DNA from: Chiloscyllium plagiosum
Taxonomy: Eukaryota
Length of the DNA stretch: 64,000 bases
Assembly (NCBI RefSeq): GCF_004010195.1
Contig: NC_057729.1
Coordinates: forward strand, 31,404,544-31,468,543
Direction: 5' to 3'
Both the position numbers and the translations under genes were made by a program. Position 1 is the first letter of the stretch. Each line of letters starts with the position of its first letter. Shown in pieces: positions 24,701-36,795 of this stretch. The notes under the pieces were generated by a model. It was not told where the DNA came from. It saw only the letters and a program-made list of their open reading frames with translations, and made no database searches.

Positions 24701-26040
24701 ATCATTCCTCTGTTGGACTATAGTATTTGTTGCTATTGCCCAAGATCCCCAAATTGGAGCATTAGCTGGACACATAGTCAATTCATTATAAAAGGATGCA
24801 TACATCCTTCATGTACATGCTCTGACTCTTTCATTTCCTCTATTTGCCTCCAAACCTCAGTATTGCCAAAGGTGGGCCAATGAGCGACCAAATTCTTCTA
24901 TGTAAATTGTTTTTGCCTGATCTGAAAGACAGCTGTATGGTCATAGGTCAAGATCAGCATTTGTCCAGGACTATTAGGTATGAGCATCTTTCTCTGCCTT
25001 TATGTATTCCGAATCCGCTTTGACAGATTCGCCTGTTCCTTACCCACCCAAAGGCTGGAACATCAATGGGGCTTCCAGTTTGGGGGGTCTTATACCAGGC
25101 TGGAGCCCCCAAGCTGGATCCCAGACTGTAACAGTCCAAAGTTACAGGCTTTGTCTGCTATACCACCCACCCTCCATCTCCTAGGTTGCACAAATCTTGA
25201 ATCACCTTGAGAGAACAGTCATCCCATCAGAGTCACTTTTTGGTGAAAATGGACAAAGCTAGTTCAAAGTACGTCTTGCTCCTTTCCTGATTTTCCTTTC
25301 CCCCGTGTTGGCCTGTCTACCACAGATTTTTCTGATTGGTACATTATTAAGTTAATACTGGTTCATATAGGTATTCCAATCTCATCGTTCCTTCTCATCT
25401 GATTTTCCCACTGCTCTTCAGATGTCCATGAAGGAACTGAGACTTCCATGGTTATTTTATCCAAGCCTTTTTCATTCTTATCTATCAAAAACTCAGTGGG
25501 TGACCCCTTAGGGTCCCATTTATGACCTGCATAACTCAAGTTCAGTTTCATCTCAAGTCTCTTTTCTGGGAAACAGACTTTTGCTATTTTACCCAATGAT
25601 TATTCTTGTTTCTTCTGGGAAATGGACCACTCCAATTATGAACATGCTTATTCCCCATTACAAACAGACCACTCCTATTTTAGCCTATGTCTGTTCACAA
25701 ATTCACCTGGTTTATCCTAAGGAAAAAAAATTATGTCCTTATTTACCTAAGGAGCCATGATCTTAACCCCAAGACATCTTTACTTACTTCACCTGCAATT
25801 TTGTTCTTTAGTTCAAATCCTTGAAACAACCCACCAGTTTCCATTCCGAATTTGAACTTGTAACCAGCTGAACCACACACCACTGAAGAAGCTAAGCATG
25901 AGGTCTAGGCGGGTAAAAGACTTTTAAAGGAAAATGCTCGCTTTAATATAGTCTTGTTAAACTACCAGTCCGTCCCTTGCCAGTGTGACTTATCATCAAC
26001 TCCCTTTCCTGTCAGGGGTTCAATCTGCAGTTCAGCTCAT
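21780..26040 (-). mobile_element. Degraded endogenous retrovirus-like element (possible gag remnant, RNase H, integrase, env-like region); no PR/RT or LTR pair recognised
   Basis: RNase H: DSGY..IVYD...RGYLTSGGSHIKH..VAAIKV..H (~24300-24525). IN: CLICTEHN, KTYCLVIMDHF, SALTVAGIL, QIDSGQ, LRATP, FELVTGR, RWQGPHEV (~23200-24090). About 1.3 kb of broken coding-like sequence follows IN. Boundaries are uncertain. Confidence 0.72.
22000..22090 (-). mobile_element. Family A Penelope-type repeat fragment with decayed hammerhead, inside the ERV env-like region
   Basis: ctggaaaagcacagcaggtcaggcagcatc...gggcataagtccttcatcag. No clear TSD. Confidence 0.8.
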
Positions 26041-26764
26041 GTAACTATAAGAATGCTTCTACAAAAGAGCAGTCTTATTGGGAGCAATAATAATGCAAGT
26101 AATAAGCAGTTAAAATAGACCCCACTGAGCATGGAAGTTGCCATATTTTGGCCAAGGCAATAGGTATGGATAGGGCACCTAAACCCAAATGATATGGTCA
26201 TTCAAGAGGCACAGAGCCAGCAGTCATCTTGCCTTATCCATATAGCTGAGGGAGTTTGTACAGAGGATTGTGAAACAACCGTATAATGATGATTGATAGG
26301 ATGAACTCATTGAGGAATGATATGGCAACAAGGATCTGAAAACATGCAAGATCAAGATCAGAATCAGAATTCAGGAGATAAATACCTAGACCGAAAGTAT
26401 CCAGTGGCCTCAAGTCAAGTTCAGGAATCCCTAATGTGGTGTTTAGACCAAATTATGAGAGGTATCAGCAGGTTAATCATAAAAAGAACTATAACATAGA
26501 AAGATGGATTGTGTCAAAAATAACTGGACGCAAACGTACCAAGGATATTCCATTCTATCATCCAGAAATTATCCACTATATGTCTAATCCCAACATATAA
26601 CAGCACAAAACTAAGTAAAGGAAACAGTAAGTTAAGAATAGCAATAGAGATAGGAAGGAGGAATTTGCAGTTGTGTCTTCCATATTCTTAAGATATTCTG
26701 AGTAAATTACTAACAATAGTAAAGTGAGGTAAAATTGTAAAGAGTTGAATTTAGAGTGCTACGA

Positions 26765-26860
26765 AGATAGGGCTGGAGAATGGAACTAGCTGAGTAATTC
26801 TTTCAAGAGCCAGTGCAGCAAGCTGGGTCAAATGGCATCTTTCTGTGCTTTAAAATTAAG
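26765..26860 (+). mobile_element. CR1 3'-end fragment
   Basis: ctctttcaagagcc-like block and gggtcaaatggcatctttctgtgct tail. Confidence 0.55.
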
Positions 26861-27004
26861 TAATTAGAATCATAGAATCTTAAAGTGCAGCCAATTTGTG
26901 TATTGAAAACAACTCTGCAAACAGTATGTGAATGAATGCGCAGATAATATGAAATTCGAGGTGCTTGTGAGAAAGCAACATTAACCAAGTTGATGGAAAA
27001 TGCT

Positions 27005-27202
27005 CTACTCCAAATAGTATCATTTTTTACATCTACTTAAATTGGCAGACAGAACAGGGGTTTAATGTCTCATAAAAAAAATGCTCTTCCAACAATTTTA
27101 TTGCTCTGAAGTGCCAGTTTAGATTAACAGTACATGTTAGCTGTGGGACTTAAAAAGCTACAACCTTCTGACTCAGAGGCAAAATGCTATCAACTCAGTC
27201 AA
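27005..27202 (-). mobile_element. Degraded Deu-type SINE
   Basis: Minus strand ctctgagtcagaaggttgt...tgagacattaaacc...agtagatgtaaaaa. Confidence 0.6.
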
Positions 27203-27589
27203 GCATAAGGTAAGACATGACTTGGATTAGTACTTATTTCCTCTTACTATACTTCAACCAGGAGTATGTGAAACTCCAAATATATAAGACAATCACTTAC
27301 AAAAATAGTACAGTTCTTGATTTTAAAGCCTATTTATTCATCTCACTGTTATAATTTTCAGTGACAAGCCTTAATTTTTTACTACACAGTTACCTTCCTT
27401 GTTTAACAATTAATTCATGCCTAGGATACCGCAGAGGAACTTTGAGTAGTGAGGTCATCTCATGATAAAGCAAAAATCTTGCCCACTTCAATTTTGATGG
27501 TTTCTGCTGAATGTAGCTTCGCTTACAAAATCAAATTTGCAAGATATATCATATCACTGTTACAAATGTTGAATCTGTCCTTTTTATTT

Positions 27590-28065
27590 AGGATTGTAAT
27601 GAGGAGGAATTTCATCTCTCAGAGGGCTTTTAGTCTTTAGAATTCTGTTCCTAGAGAGCAACAAAGACTTGGTCATTGAATATACATCCAAACCTGAGTT
27701 AGACAGATTTTTGATCTATAATGCAGGCATGTTATGGAGACAGAGTCGACAGTGTAGTGCTGGAAAAGCTCAGCAGGTCAGGCAGCATCCGAGGAGAAGC
27801 AGAATCAATGTTTCGGGCACAAGACCTTCATCAGGAATTTCTCCTGCTCCTCAGATGCTGCCTAACCTGATGTGCTTTTCCAGCACTACACTCTCAACTC
27901 TGATCTCCAGCATTTGCAGTCCTCACTTTCTCCATGTTATGGAGACAGACAGGAATAAAGAGTTAAGAGTTAAGACTGCCATCAGATCAGTCATGATTTT
28001 ATTGAATGATGGAAAATGTTCAAGGGGCTGGATGACTTGTCCCATTCCTATTTCTTATGACCTTG
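27590..28065 (+). mobile_element. CR1 3' fragment interrupted by a family A insertion
   Basis: MRRNFISQR...ELDRFL on the left and atcagtcatgattttattgaatg...cctatttcttatg tail on the right. Confidence 0.75.
27745..27932 (+). mobile_element. Family A Penelope-type fold-back repeat; hammerhead in the inverted arm (27807-27834, minus)
   Basis: 17-bp TSD catgttatggagacaga (27728-27744 / 27933-27949). Inverted arms; ends in cctcactttctc. Confidence 0.9.
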
Positions 28066-28264
28066 TAATATTACATTATCTCAAATGTAACATCACTACT
28101 CTCACAATCAGGAACTTACAGTTATTCCCAACTATCTAGTGTTGCAATTCTGCAATATAAAGATGTTAGAATTAAAACCGAACATAATATGAGCTTGATA
28201 TTGCAAAACTCACATGAATAGTTACATATCTTTTTCCAATCTACTGAAAGGTAGAACACTTTAT

Positions 28265-29805
28265 TGGAGCTTTGGCAGGCTTAAAAGTGGAAATTTCCTC
28301 AGGTCTGCAGGAGTTGTATCCTAAGTTACTGTGAGATACAAAGGAGGAAATTGGAGGGGCTCTGACTCAAGTTTTGAATTTCCCTTTGGCCAAATGGGAG
28401 GTGCTGCAGGACTGGAAGGCAGTTAACGTAGTTCCACTTTTCAAAAAGGGTTATGGAAATAAAGCAGGGAGTTATGGATCAGTGAGTCACACATCAATGA
28501 TAGGTGAAATCTTGGAGAAAATTCTGAAGGAAAGAATGAATCTCCACTTGGAGAGGCAAGGTTTGATCAGAAGCAGTCAGCATGGCTTTGTCATATGGAG
28601 GTCATGCTTCACAAATTTGAATTTTTAGAGGAGATGCCTATGTGTGTAAATGAGGGTCGTGCAGTTGCTTTGCCTTATATGGATTTTAGCGAGGCCTTTG
28701 AAAGGCAAGACTGATAAAAACATGTGGGAACCAGGGTAATTTGACAAATTGCATCCAAAACTGGCTAAGTGGTAGGAGACAGAGAGTGGTGGTGAAAGGC
28801 TACTTGTGTGGGTGAGGCAGATCCCAGTGATGTACCACTGAGATCCGGGCTGGGTCCATTAATGTTCATGACATGTATAGATGATATAAAAGAACACGTG
28901 GGAAATGTGATAAATAAGCTGGAGGATGAACAAATATTATTCAGGTGATTGACAGTGAGAAGGAAGGTTTTAGATTATAGGAGGATATGAACAGGTTGGT
29001 CAAATGGGCAGATCAGTGCCAAATAATTTTAACTCTGATAAGTGTGAGGTGATGCACTTTGGATGAAGTAACAAGATAAGGGAATGCTCAATGAATGGCA
29101 GGACACTAGGAAGCTCAGAAGAACAGAGGGATCTTGGTATGTTTGTCCACAAACCCTTAAAGTGGCAAGGCACATTAATAGAGTAGTTAAGAATGCATAT
29201 GGGACACTTGCTTTCATCAGATTATAAGAGCATGGAGATTATGTTGGAGCTGTACAGAACATTGGTTAGACCACTGGTGAAGTACTGTGTGTAGTTCTGG
29301 TCAGCACACTACGAAAAAGATATGATTGCACTGAAGACCATGAAAGGAGATTTACCAGGATATTGCCTGGGATGGAGTAAATTAGCTATGAAGAGAGGCT
29401 GGACAAGTTTGATTTGTTTTCCTTAAAGCAGAGAAGGCTGAGAGGAAATATGATTAAGGTGTACAAGATTTTGAGGGGCATGGACAGGTGGATAGGAATC
29501 AGCTGTTCCCTTTAGTTGAAGGATCAATAACAAGGGAGTTACACTTTAAGCTGAAAGACAGGGGATTTAGAGGGAATTTCAGGAAAAGTATTTTCAAGTG
29601 GGAATCTGGACTGTGCTATCTGGGAGGATAGTTGAACGGGGAGCCTCACAACCTTTAAAAATTATTTGGATGAGCCTTTGAGATTTCATTAAGTTCAAGG
29701 CCAATTGCTGGAAAGTAGGCCAAGTGTAGATTTAAAATAGTGTTTTTTAACAGTGCAGACAATGGCCATAGGGCCCCTATGTATTGTATGATTCTATGGT
29801 TCTTT
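28265..29805 (+). mobile_element. Degenerate CR1 LINE ORF2 (RT to 3' end)
   Basis: DWKAVNVVPLFKKG, SQHGFV..RSCFTNL, YMDFSEAF, KCEVMHFG, YCV.FWS; tgattctatggttct tail. Confidence 0.92.
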
Positions 29806-30324
29806 GATTATTTTGTGATGAAAAATGACAAAGTTGGTTGGCCATGGATGTGTGGTCTCCAACAGACAGATAATGTTGTCCTGGTTGATTACAATGTTTC
29901 TGACAGTCGATCTCACCGTCTGCCTATGTCACATTACTGTATGCAAGTCAATCATTATGCTGATGCAGCACTTCTACATCCAGAAGCTGAGTGGCTAGAG
30001 AAAAGTGCATGCTTTTAACAGGCTTTGTCAGCTTGTTGCGTCATGTTTCAGTTTGGTGCAGGTGGACTATCATTGCAGGGTAAAATTTTGGCGGTGACAC
30101 TGCAAACAAATAAATAAAAAATATACAAGGGAAACAGATGTGTGAAGCCAGTATATTACAGTACTAGAAACATGGAGGCTGTCCACATCATTTCGTGTTT
30201 GCTGTCTTCTGACAAATGACACGAAGATGGTAAGGCAATTAAAGAAGCAATGACTGTGACCAATCAGTCACTATTCAAAGACTTTAAGAACAAAAAAGAA
30301 ATAATAACAGCAGTCATGAACATA

Positions 30325-30425
30325 CTGCTACAAGCACAAAAGTGCTGGAGAAACTCAGGTCTGACAGCTTCTGTGGCGAAAGCAATAGAGTTAATATTTC
30401 TAGTACAAATCTTCTCCAGAACTAA
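30325..30425 (-). mobile_element. Old Penelope-type terminal repeat fragment
   Basis: aaagtgctggagaaactcaggtctgacagc..ctgtgg..agagttaatatttc is similar to the reverse complement of 13130-13200. Confidence 0.45.
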
Positions 30426-31354
30426 AAAGGAAACTTTGTTCACCAGTTGATAAATGGGTAAGGAAGTGTATGGGCTGAAGATTATCACTAGCAAAACACT
30501 GAGAAAATCAAAAAAAACATTTTTTTACACAAAGTGTTATTAGGACATCAAAAGCTTTGTAACAAATCAATGCTGAGACCACCACCATAAGGCCCAATGA
30601 GGAAAGAGCTGGAAACTAATGTATACAATTCCAATTGAAAACTGAAACTTGCATAGCAACATTGTTCTCAACGGCTTCCTTTGTCTTGTAATTTCTCTGG
30701 TTCTCAGATGATGTTTTAAATCTTGAATGGATATAATTAACAAATCTTTCTGTTGATTATGAAAAGAGAGGCTTAGATAAAAAAAAATAATTGTGTGTGA
30801 TATGCCTGTTAGTTCCCAGTGATACAAAGTCATATTTTTACTTAAAATCTTGATGATCAGTTTATGCAGGAATTCACATGAGAGTTATATTCCTTAGAAC
30901 ACTAATTCAAACAAAAGGTTCATGTTTCTAAATATCTTTACTCATGACATTTTATTTCAGATTCTATGTGTACACTGTTTCCCCAACTGTATACATTTGT
31001 ACTAACTATCAAAAGAAATCTTTGTTATATTGACTTCTTTGACATGTTTGTAGGTTTCTACGACTATATTCTGTGGGATTTCATCTGGCATTCTCATACC
31101 ACAGTGTCCTATAGTGATCAATTGTTAGCTCCCGCCCTCCCCAGTGGAAAGGAATCAGGTACAAACACAAAAGAGAAAATGTTCTACCACCCTATTATGT
31201 CATTCTTGTGGTCACAGGGATATTCCATTGCGTTACTGCTGAGTAGCTAGAGCACCATTTAAATCAATGGCCATATTTCAAAAACATTTGACACGTTGAC
31301 ACTTTCAGATTCAACAATGTGAAGTACACAACCTACATTTTCTGATCAGTATTA

Positions 31355-31450
31355 TATAGAAATATTGAAACATATGAACAGCAGTGACTCATTCAGCAAC
31401 TCCAGGCTGTTCTGCTATCCAGTTATGTTGTGGCTGATCTGTACCTCAGC
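31355..31450 (-). mobile_element. CR1 3'-end fragment
   Basis: cattcagc...ctgttctgctatcc...tggctgatctg is the reverse complement of a CR1 tail like that at 36480-36550. Confidence 0.5.
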
Positions 31451-32369
31451 TGGTTGCCAAGCTAAAGAGGATGCCAAGTTTCTCTTTACTTTTGTGTTCC
31501 CAAGAGAAGTAAGAATTTTTCTGTAGGCTCCACGAAAACAGCCTAGCCCTCTGCTACTGCTACTTCAGTTTCCACAGCGAACATCCTGAGTTCCCCAGAC
31601 ATCAGGCCGCTTCCTAACATCCAGTCCCCTCATTCCCCACCACCCTCATCAGAGGGCAACCCCTTTCTGGCCTTGAGACTGATTAGCCTTTTGCCAGGGA
31701 TCTCCCTCAGGACATGGGATCTATCTCCAGTCAAAAACCTCGTCTTCGTACTAAGGAAGCTGCAGCCATCAATAGGACCACTACATTTTAGATGTTTTCC
31801 TTGATATTTTTTTAATATTGCATTTATGTGTGAGTGTTGAGATATTTATCCATATATGTTACAGATAGGTAAGTAAGTAACGCTTCCATTTTGTACTGAC
31901 AGAAATGTTTCTAATTGATAAATAAAATGTTTTTTTCCAATGTAGGTGGCTCTGCCCAAGGTGGAGACTCCTAGTCTTATATAAAGGCCTTAATATTCTG
32001 TGTACTGTTTTCCACACATGTATTCTCACACCAGTTTGTCAATGCACACTCTTTTCTTTTTGCATCAAGACATTAGTACTACTTATAGAGAGTCCTGATT
32101 CTAGTATACAGATCTTGTGGAGACACTTGCATTCATAGCCAAATTAGAGAAATCCGTACAAGAAACAGAATGTTCCACTATAGTTATCCAGAAGAAGGCA
32201 GAGTTAAAACTGCTGTGACAAAGAAGGGGAGGGGTTTCCACAATTAGTCCTGGATTATCTTATATATTGGATTGATTTTGAATTATAAATTCATCCATAT
32301 CTTTACTACTTCTGGACTTAACTTTTCTGAACACATTTTTGGCTGACATCTCATATCCTTCCCTCCATA

Positions 32370-32540
32370 TGTTTCAGGTTCTCCAAAACTCTGCTACTAG
32401 CATCCTTCCTCACTCCACGTCACACTCACCAATCACTCCTGTACTCACTACTTTGGCTCACAGTTAAACAATCCTTATTTCTTAAAAATCTCATCCTTAT
32501 TCTCAACTCTACTTAGGCATTGCTCCTCTCCTGCAATAAT
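32370..32540 (+). mobile_element. L2-type LINE RT C-terminal fragment
   Basis: Degenerate ITPVL..LWL.V.....KILIL...GIAP pattern. Confidence 0.45.
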
Positions 32541-33646
32541 TGAATGTTGATTGATTGGTATCCCTTGGAGTAAGGAACAGCAGAATATATCATTTAAAAG
32601 CACCTATAATTTTCTTGATGTTAAGGAACAACATTAGCATGTTGGGCTCGCAGAGTCACCTACATTGTCAATTGAACCGTGCACCATTGGGAATTCTACC
32701 TGGCTGCCAAATCCACTTTGCTATCTTTCTGTTTCTCACTGGTCAGTGAGAAAATGTTTAAGTCTCCTTTCTGGACATACAGGGTCTTTGTGATGTCCCT
32801 GAAGTACCGATGGACAGAGCATGATTTGTTGACGGGGTTCTGACTTCCTGTCAAGATGCAGTGGCAGTATCTTGAAAAGCCAAGAAATCAGACATATACA
32901 GTATATCTGAGAAAACAACATAATATCACAACATATCCACAAACTCTGCACTCACAAAAATATGTCAAAGTATATGCAAGTTTAAGTCATGCCATTTGGG
33001 GTGAAGATGAGGTGGGGGATGTCTTAAGACAAAATTGTCCAATCTTCAATTTAAAAAAGCAGATCACCAGGTCACAAACTCTTCAATGTTGCAAAAATAT
33101 TTCTTGTATTGATGCATTTGAGAACAAACTCAGTCTAGAAATGATTGTTTGAATGTCTAACATACTGGATATTCACACAGCATTTGTTCGTCAATTATTT
33201 TCATACAAATACACTGTATAAAGTTGGTTATCTTCAACAGTTTAAGACCGCCACAGTGGTTTGGCAATTTATCAATATCCATTATGCATTTCCCCATCAA
33301 TACCACCAACATTCTGTTGCAGCTTTAAATGGATTTCAATGTAGAGCATGAGTAATTAACTATGATATGATTTTACCAAGTTTGTTTTGCAGTTCATGCA
33401 AATGTTTGTACATTTATGCTTTTTTCCTTCAGGTGCTTATGGAAGTAAACTTGAAATGTACTACCTATGACAACCAGTAATGAGTCCTATCACTGGAAAT
33501 TAACAAAATGGTCTTCATAACAAGTTTCTAAAATAATCCATTGCACATTCAGAATCTATTTCATTTAAACTGCTCAAACAATTTTAGACATGCCCTGGAC
33601 ATGACTTTTATTGGAAATGATTGGATATATGGCTATACAAGGATAT

Positions 33647-33780
33647 AGGTGAAAGTGAGGACTGCAGATGCTGGAGATCAGAGACAAGATTAGAGTGGTG
33701 CTGGAAAAGCAGGTCAGGCAGCATCCGAGGAGCAGGAAAATCGACATTTCGGGCAGGAGCCCTTCATCAGGAATCTGATT
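33647..33780 (-). mobile_element. Family A Penelope-type repeat with hammerhead (33743-33770)
   Basis: 14-bp TSD ctatacaaggatat (33633-33646 / 33781-33794). Minus strand reads CUGAUGA-A-GGGC(UCCU)GCCC-GAAA-UG-UC. Confidence 0.9.
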
Positions 33781-34199
33781 CTATACAAGGATATTCCATG
33801 TGTAGCTCAGAATTGCTTGGGGCATGGTAATATAATAACTCATTACTTTCTGACCCAAGCACAGTGTTGAATAATATTCCTCTGCCATGGAAACAAATGT
33901 CCTAAAGGAATATTATCACTTAAAAGTACCTAAAATGTTCTTGATCCATGAGATTACTGTATATGTTTAGTATACCTCAATAGACAAACTTAATTAAGAA
34001 TGGTTATGGTGAAAGTTCATGATTAACAATGTTAACAATGTTTTGTCTCCACCCATGCTGCCAGAGAAACCAGCAAACAGAAGACCCCATGAGATGCAGT
34101 CAGCAATATGTAAAGAAGTGGGTGAGTAGAGAATTATGGATCAGTCAGCAGCACCTATAGGAGTGTGCAACCAAACCATCACAAACCCTTTGTCTAATT

Positions 34200-36568
34200 T
34201 GCTTAAGGCTGTAGAGAAGATTTTAAAATTGTTAGAAAGGAGGAGTGTTTGGAAGAAGAGAAGTGTAGGCTAACAAAGCAAGAGCATATAACACCTTGAC
34301 AGTACAGCGATAATGATATCCAAAGTGAGGCAGGAATAGAGATAATATATAAACAAATAGGATCAACGGGATTAAAAAAAAGTGGCAAAAAGGCAAAAAT
34401 AATGGCTCTCTACTTGAATGGTCTTAGTATTTCGGACAAAAAAATGGATTAATGGTACAAGTTCAGATTAATGGATATAATCATAATCATTACCAAGCTC
34501 GAAACTAAATATTCAGGGGATGTGACTTTTCAGAAAGATAGGTAGGAAGGAAAGGGTAGTGGCTACCATACAGATGGAATAAGTAACTGTAAGTATGAAT
34601 AATATGAGAGGCTGGATAAGCTGGGCCTTTTTTTTTTCTGGCGCATAGGATGACATTAGAGGCTTCTAAAATCATGAGGGGCATAGATAAGGTGAACAGC
34701 AAAGGTCTTTTCCATAGAGTGGGAAAGTTCAAAACTAGAAGGCATAATATTAAGATGAGAAGAGAAAGATTTAAAAGAGACCTGAGGAGTAACTTTTTCC
34801 ACACAGCGGGTAGTTCGTATATAGAATGAACTGCCACAAGTAGTAGATGCAGATACAGTTGCAACATTTCAAAGATGTTTGGACAAGAATAGGAAAGGGT
34901 AAGAGGGATATGGGCCGAACTCAGGCCAATGCAAAATTTGGTCAGCATGGAGGAGTTGGACTGAAGGGTCTATATCCATGCTGTATAACTCTACTATTAG
35001 ATAAAAAAGGGAAGAAGACACTGATAAGAGTAATCTATAGTCCCCATAGTAGTCACTACATGGTGGAACAGAGAATATGATGGGAAAATGTTAGAGTTTA
35101 TTAAAAAGGGTGTAATAGCAGAATATATAGAAGCACATAATATGATCAAACAGAATCAGCTTTATGAAGTGGAAATCATGCTTGACAAATTCTTTGAGGA
35201 GGTGACAAGCAGAATAGATAAAGGAAAAGCAGGGAATGAATATATTTGGATTTTCATGAGGCATTTGATAAGGTACCACACATTAGGTACTTAATGAGAT
35301 GTGCCCATGGTATTGGGGTAATATATTAGCATGGATAGAGAGTTGACTAACCAACAAAAGAAAGAGAGTTGGGGTAAATGAGGCATTTTCAAGATGGCAG
35401 CCTGTAACTAGAAAAGTACCACAGGGATCAGTGATGAGGCCACAGTTATTTACAATATCTATTAATGACTTGGATAAGGAAAGTGAATATACTACAGCCA
35501 AGTTTACAGATGACACAAAAGAAGTTGGGAAGATAAGTGGTGAGGATGACACAAACAGTCTTCAGAGGGATGTAGACAAATTAAATGAGCAAGCAAAACT
35601 TGGCAAATGGAAAATAATGTGGCATTATTCACTTTGACAGAAACAACAAAGCAGCTGAATATTATTAAAATGTAAAAAGAATGCAAAAAGCGACAGAACA
35701 GACAAATTAAGGAGTCCTTGTGCATGAATTACAACAAGGTTTAGTGGGTAATAGAGAGGTCAAGTGGAATGATGGTCATTAGTTAAAAAGGAATAGAGTA
35801 TAAAAGGAGTAAGGATTTGCTAAAACTATTCAGGTACTAGTCAGAACTTAGCTGGATTAATTTAGTGAATAATTTAGTTCCCCTTTCTAAAGAAAGATAT
35901 ATTGATATTGGAGGCAATCCAGAGAAGGTTCACGAGAATGATACCATGATGTAGAGGTGCCGATGTTGGACTGGGTGGACAACATTAAAAATCATACAAT
36001 AACAGGTTATAGCCCAGCAGGTTTATTTGGAAGTACTAGCTGTCAGAGCATTTTCCTTCAAATTAACCTGTTGGAGTATAACCTAGTGTTGTATGATTTT
36101 AAACCTAGACTGATACCAGATATAGGGGAATTGTCTTAAGAGGAGAAGTTGAGTAGAGTGGGCCAGTTACTCACTGGAATATCAAAGAATAAGACACTCC
36201 TTTATTGAAACATATAAGATTCTTCAGGGTCTTGACAGGATAGACGCAGAAGGGTTGTATCTGCCTGTGGGTCAGACTCGGACTAGAGGGCATAATCTCA
36301 AAACAAGGTTTAGCACCTTTAAGACAGCGATGAGGATATTGAATTGAGGGGAATTCTCTTACTGCAGCAGTTGTAGAGACTGGGTCATTAAATATATTCA
36401 AGCCTGAGATAGACAGATTTTTATTCAGTAAGGGAATCAAGGGTTACGAGGAAATGCAAGGAAGTGGATTTGAGATGATCAGATCAGCTATGATATCATT
36501 GAATGGCAAAACAGTCTCAATAGGCTGAATGGCCTACTTCTGCTCCTATCTCTTATCACCATATGGTC
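34200..36568 (+). mobile_element. Degenerate, internally deleted CR1 LINE with a nested CR1 3' fragment (~34608-34995) and a family B repeat
   Basis: LYLN APE start at ~34408, VPQGSV, FTISINDLD, AKFTDDTK, SLQRDVDKL; gctgaatggcctacttctgctcct tail. Confidence 0.85.
35947..36104 (-). mobile_element. Family B Penelope-type fold-back repeat with decayed hammerhead
   Basis: Homologous to 8669-8860. Imperfect 14-bp TSD cgagaatgatacca / ctagactgatacca (35933-35946 / 36105-36118). Inverted arms. Confidence 0.8.
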
Positions 36569-36795
36569 AAAGCCCCCTACAACAGGAAGTCAGTAGCACA
36601 TAGAGAAGCAAGGAAGTGGAGGACATGGAGACAGGCATTTTGGAAGAAACAGTGAAATCATAGAAATGTCATGTGATGATCGATTGGTGAGTAACTTTTT
36701 TAGGAATAGTGTGTAAGTAAATGCAAGTTTAAAACATACTAACTTTTTAAGTGGTTTATTTCAAGTGATAAATGTGTTATTATTAAGTTGTAACC

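Noticed and set aside
26100-26530. Possible RTE-type LINE C-terminal remnant or the ERV 5' LTR
   Set aside because: Similarity is too weak, and there is no matching second LTR near 21.7 kb.
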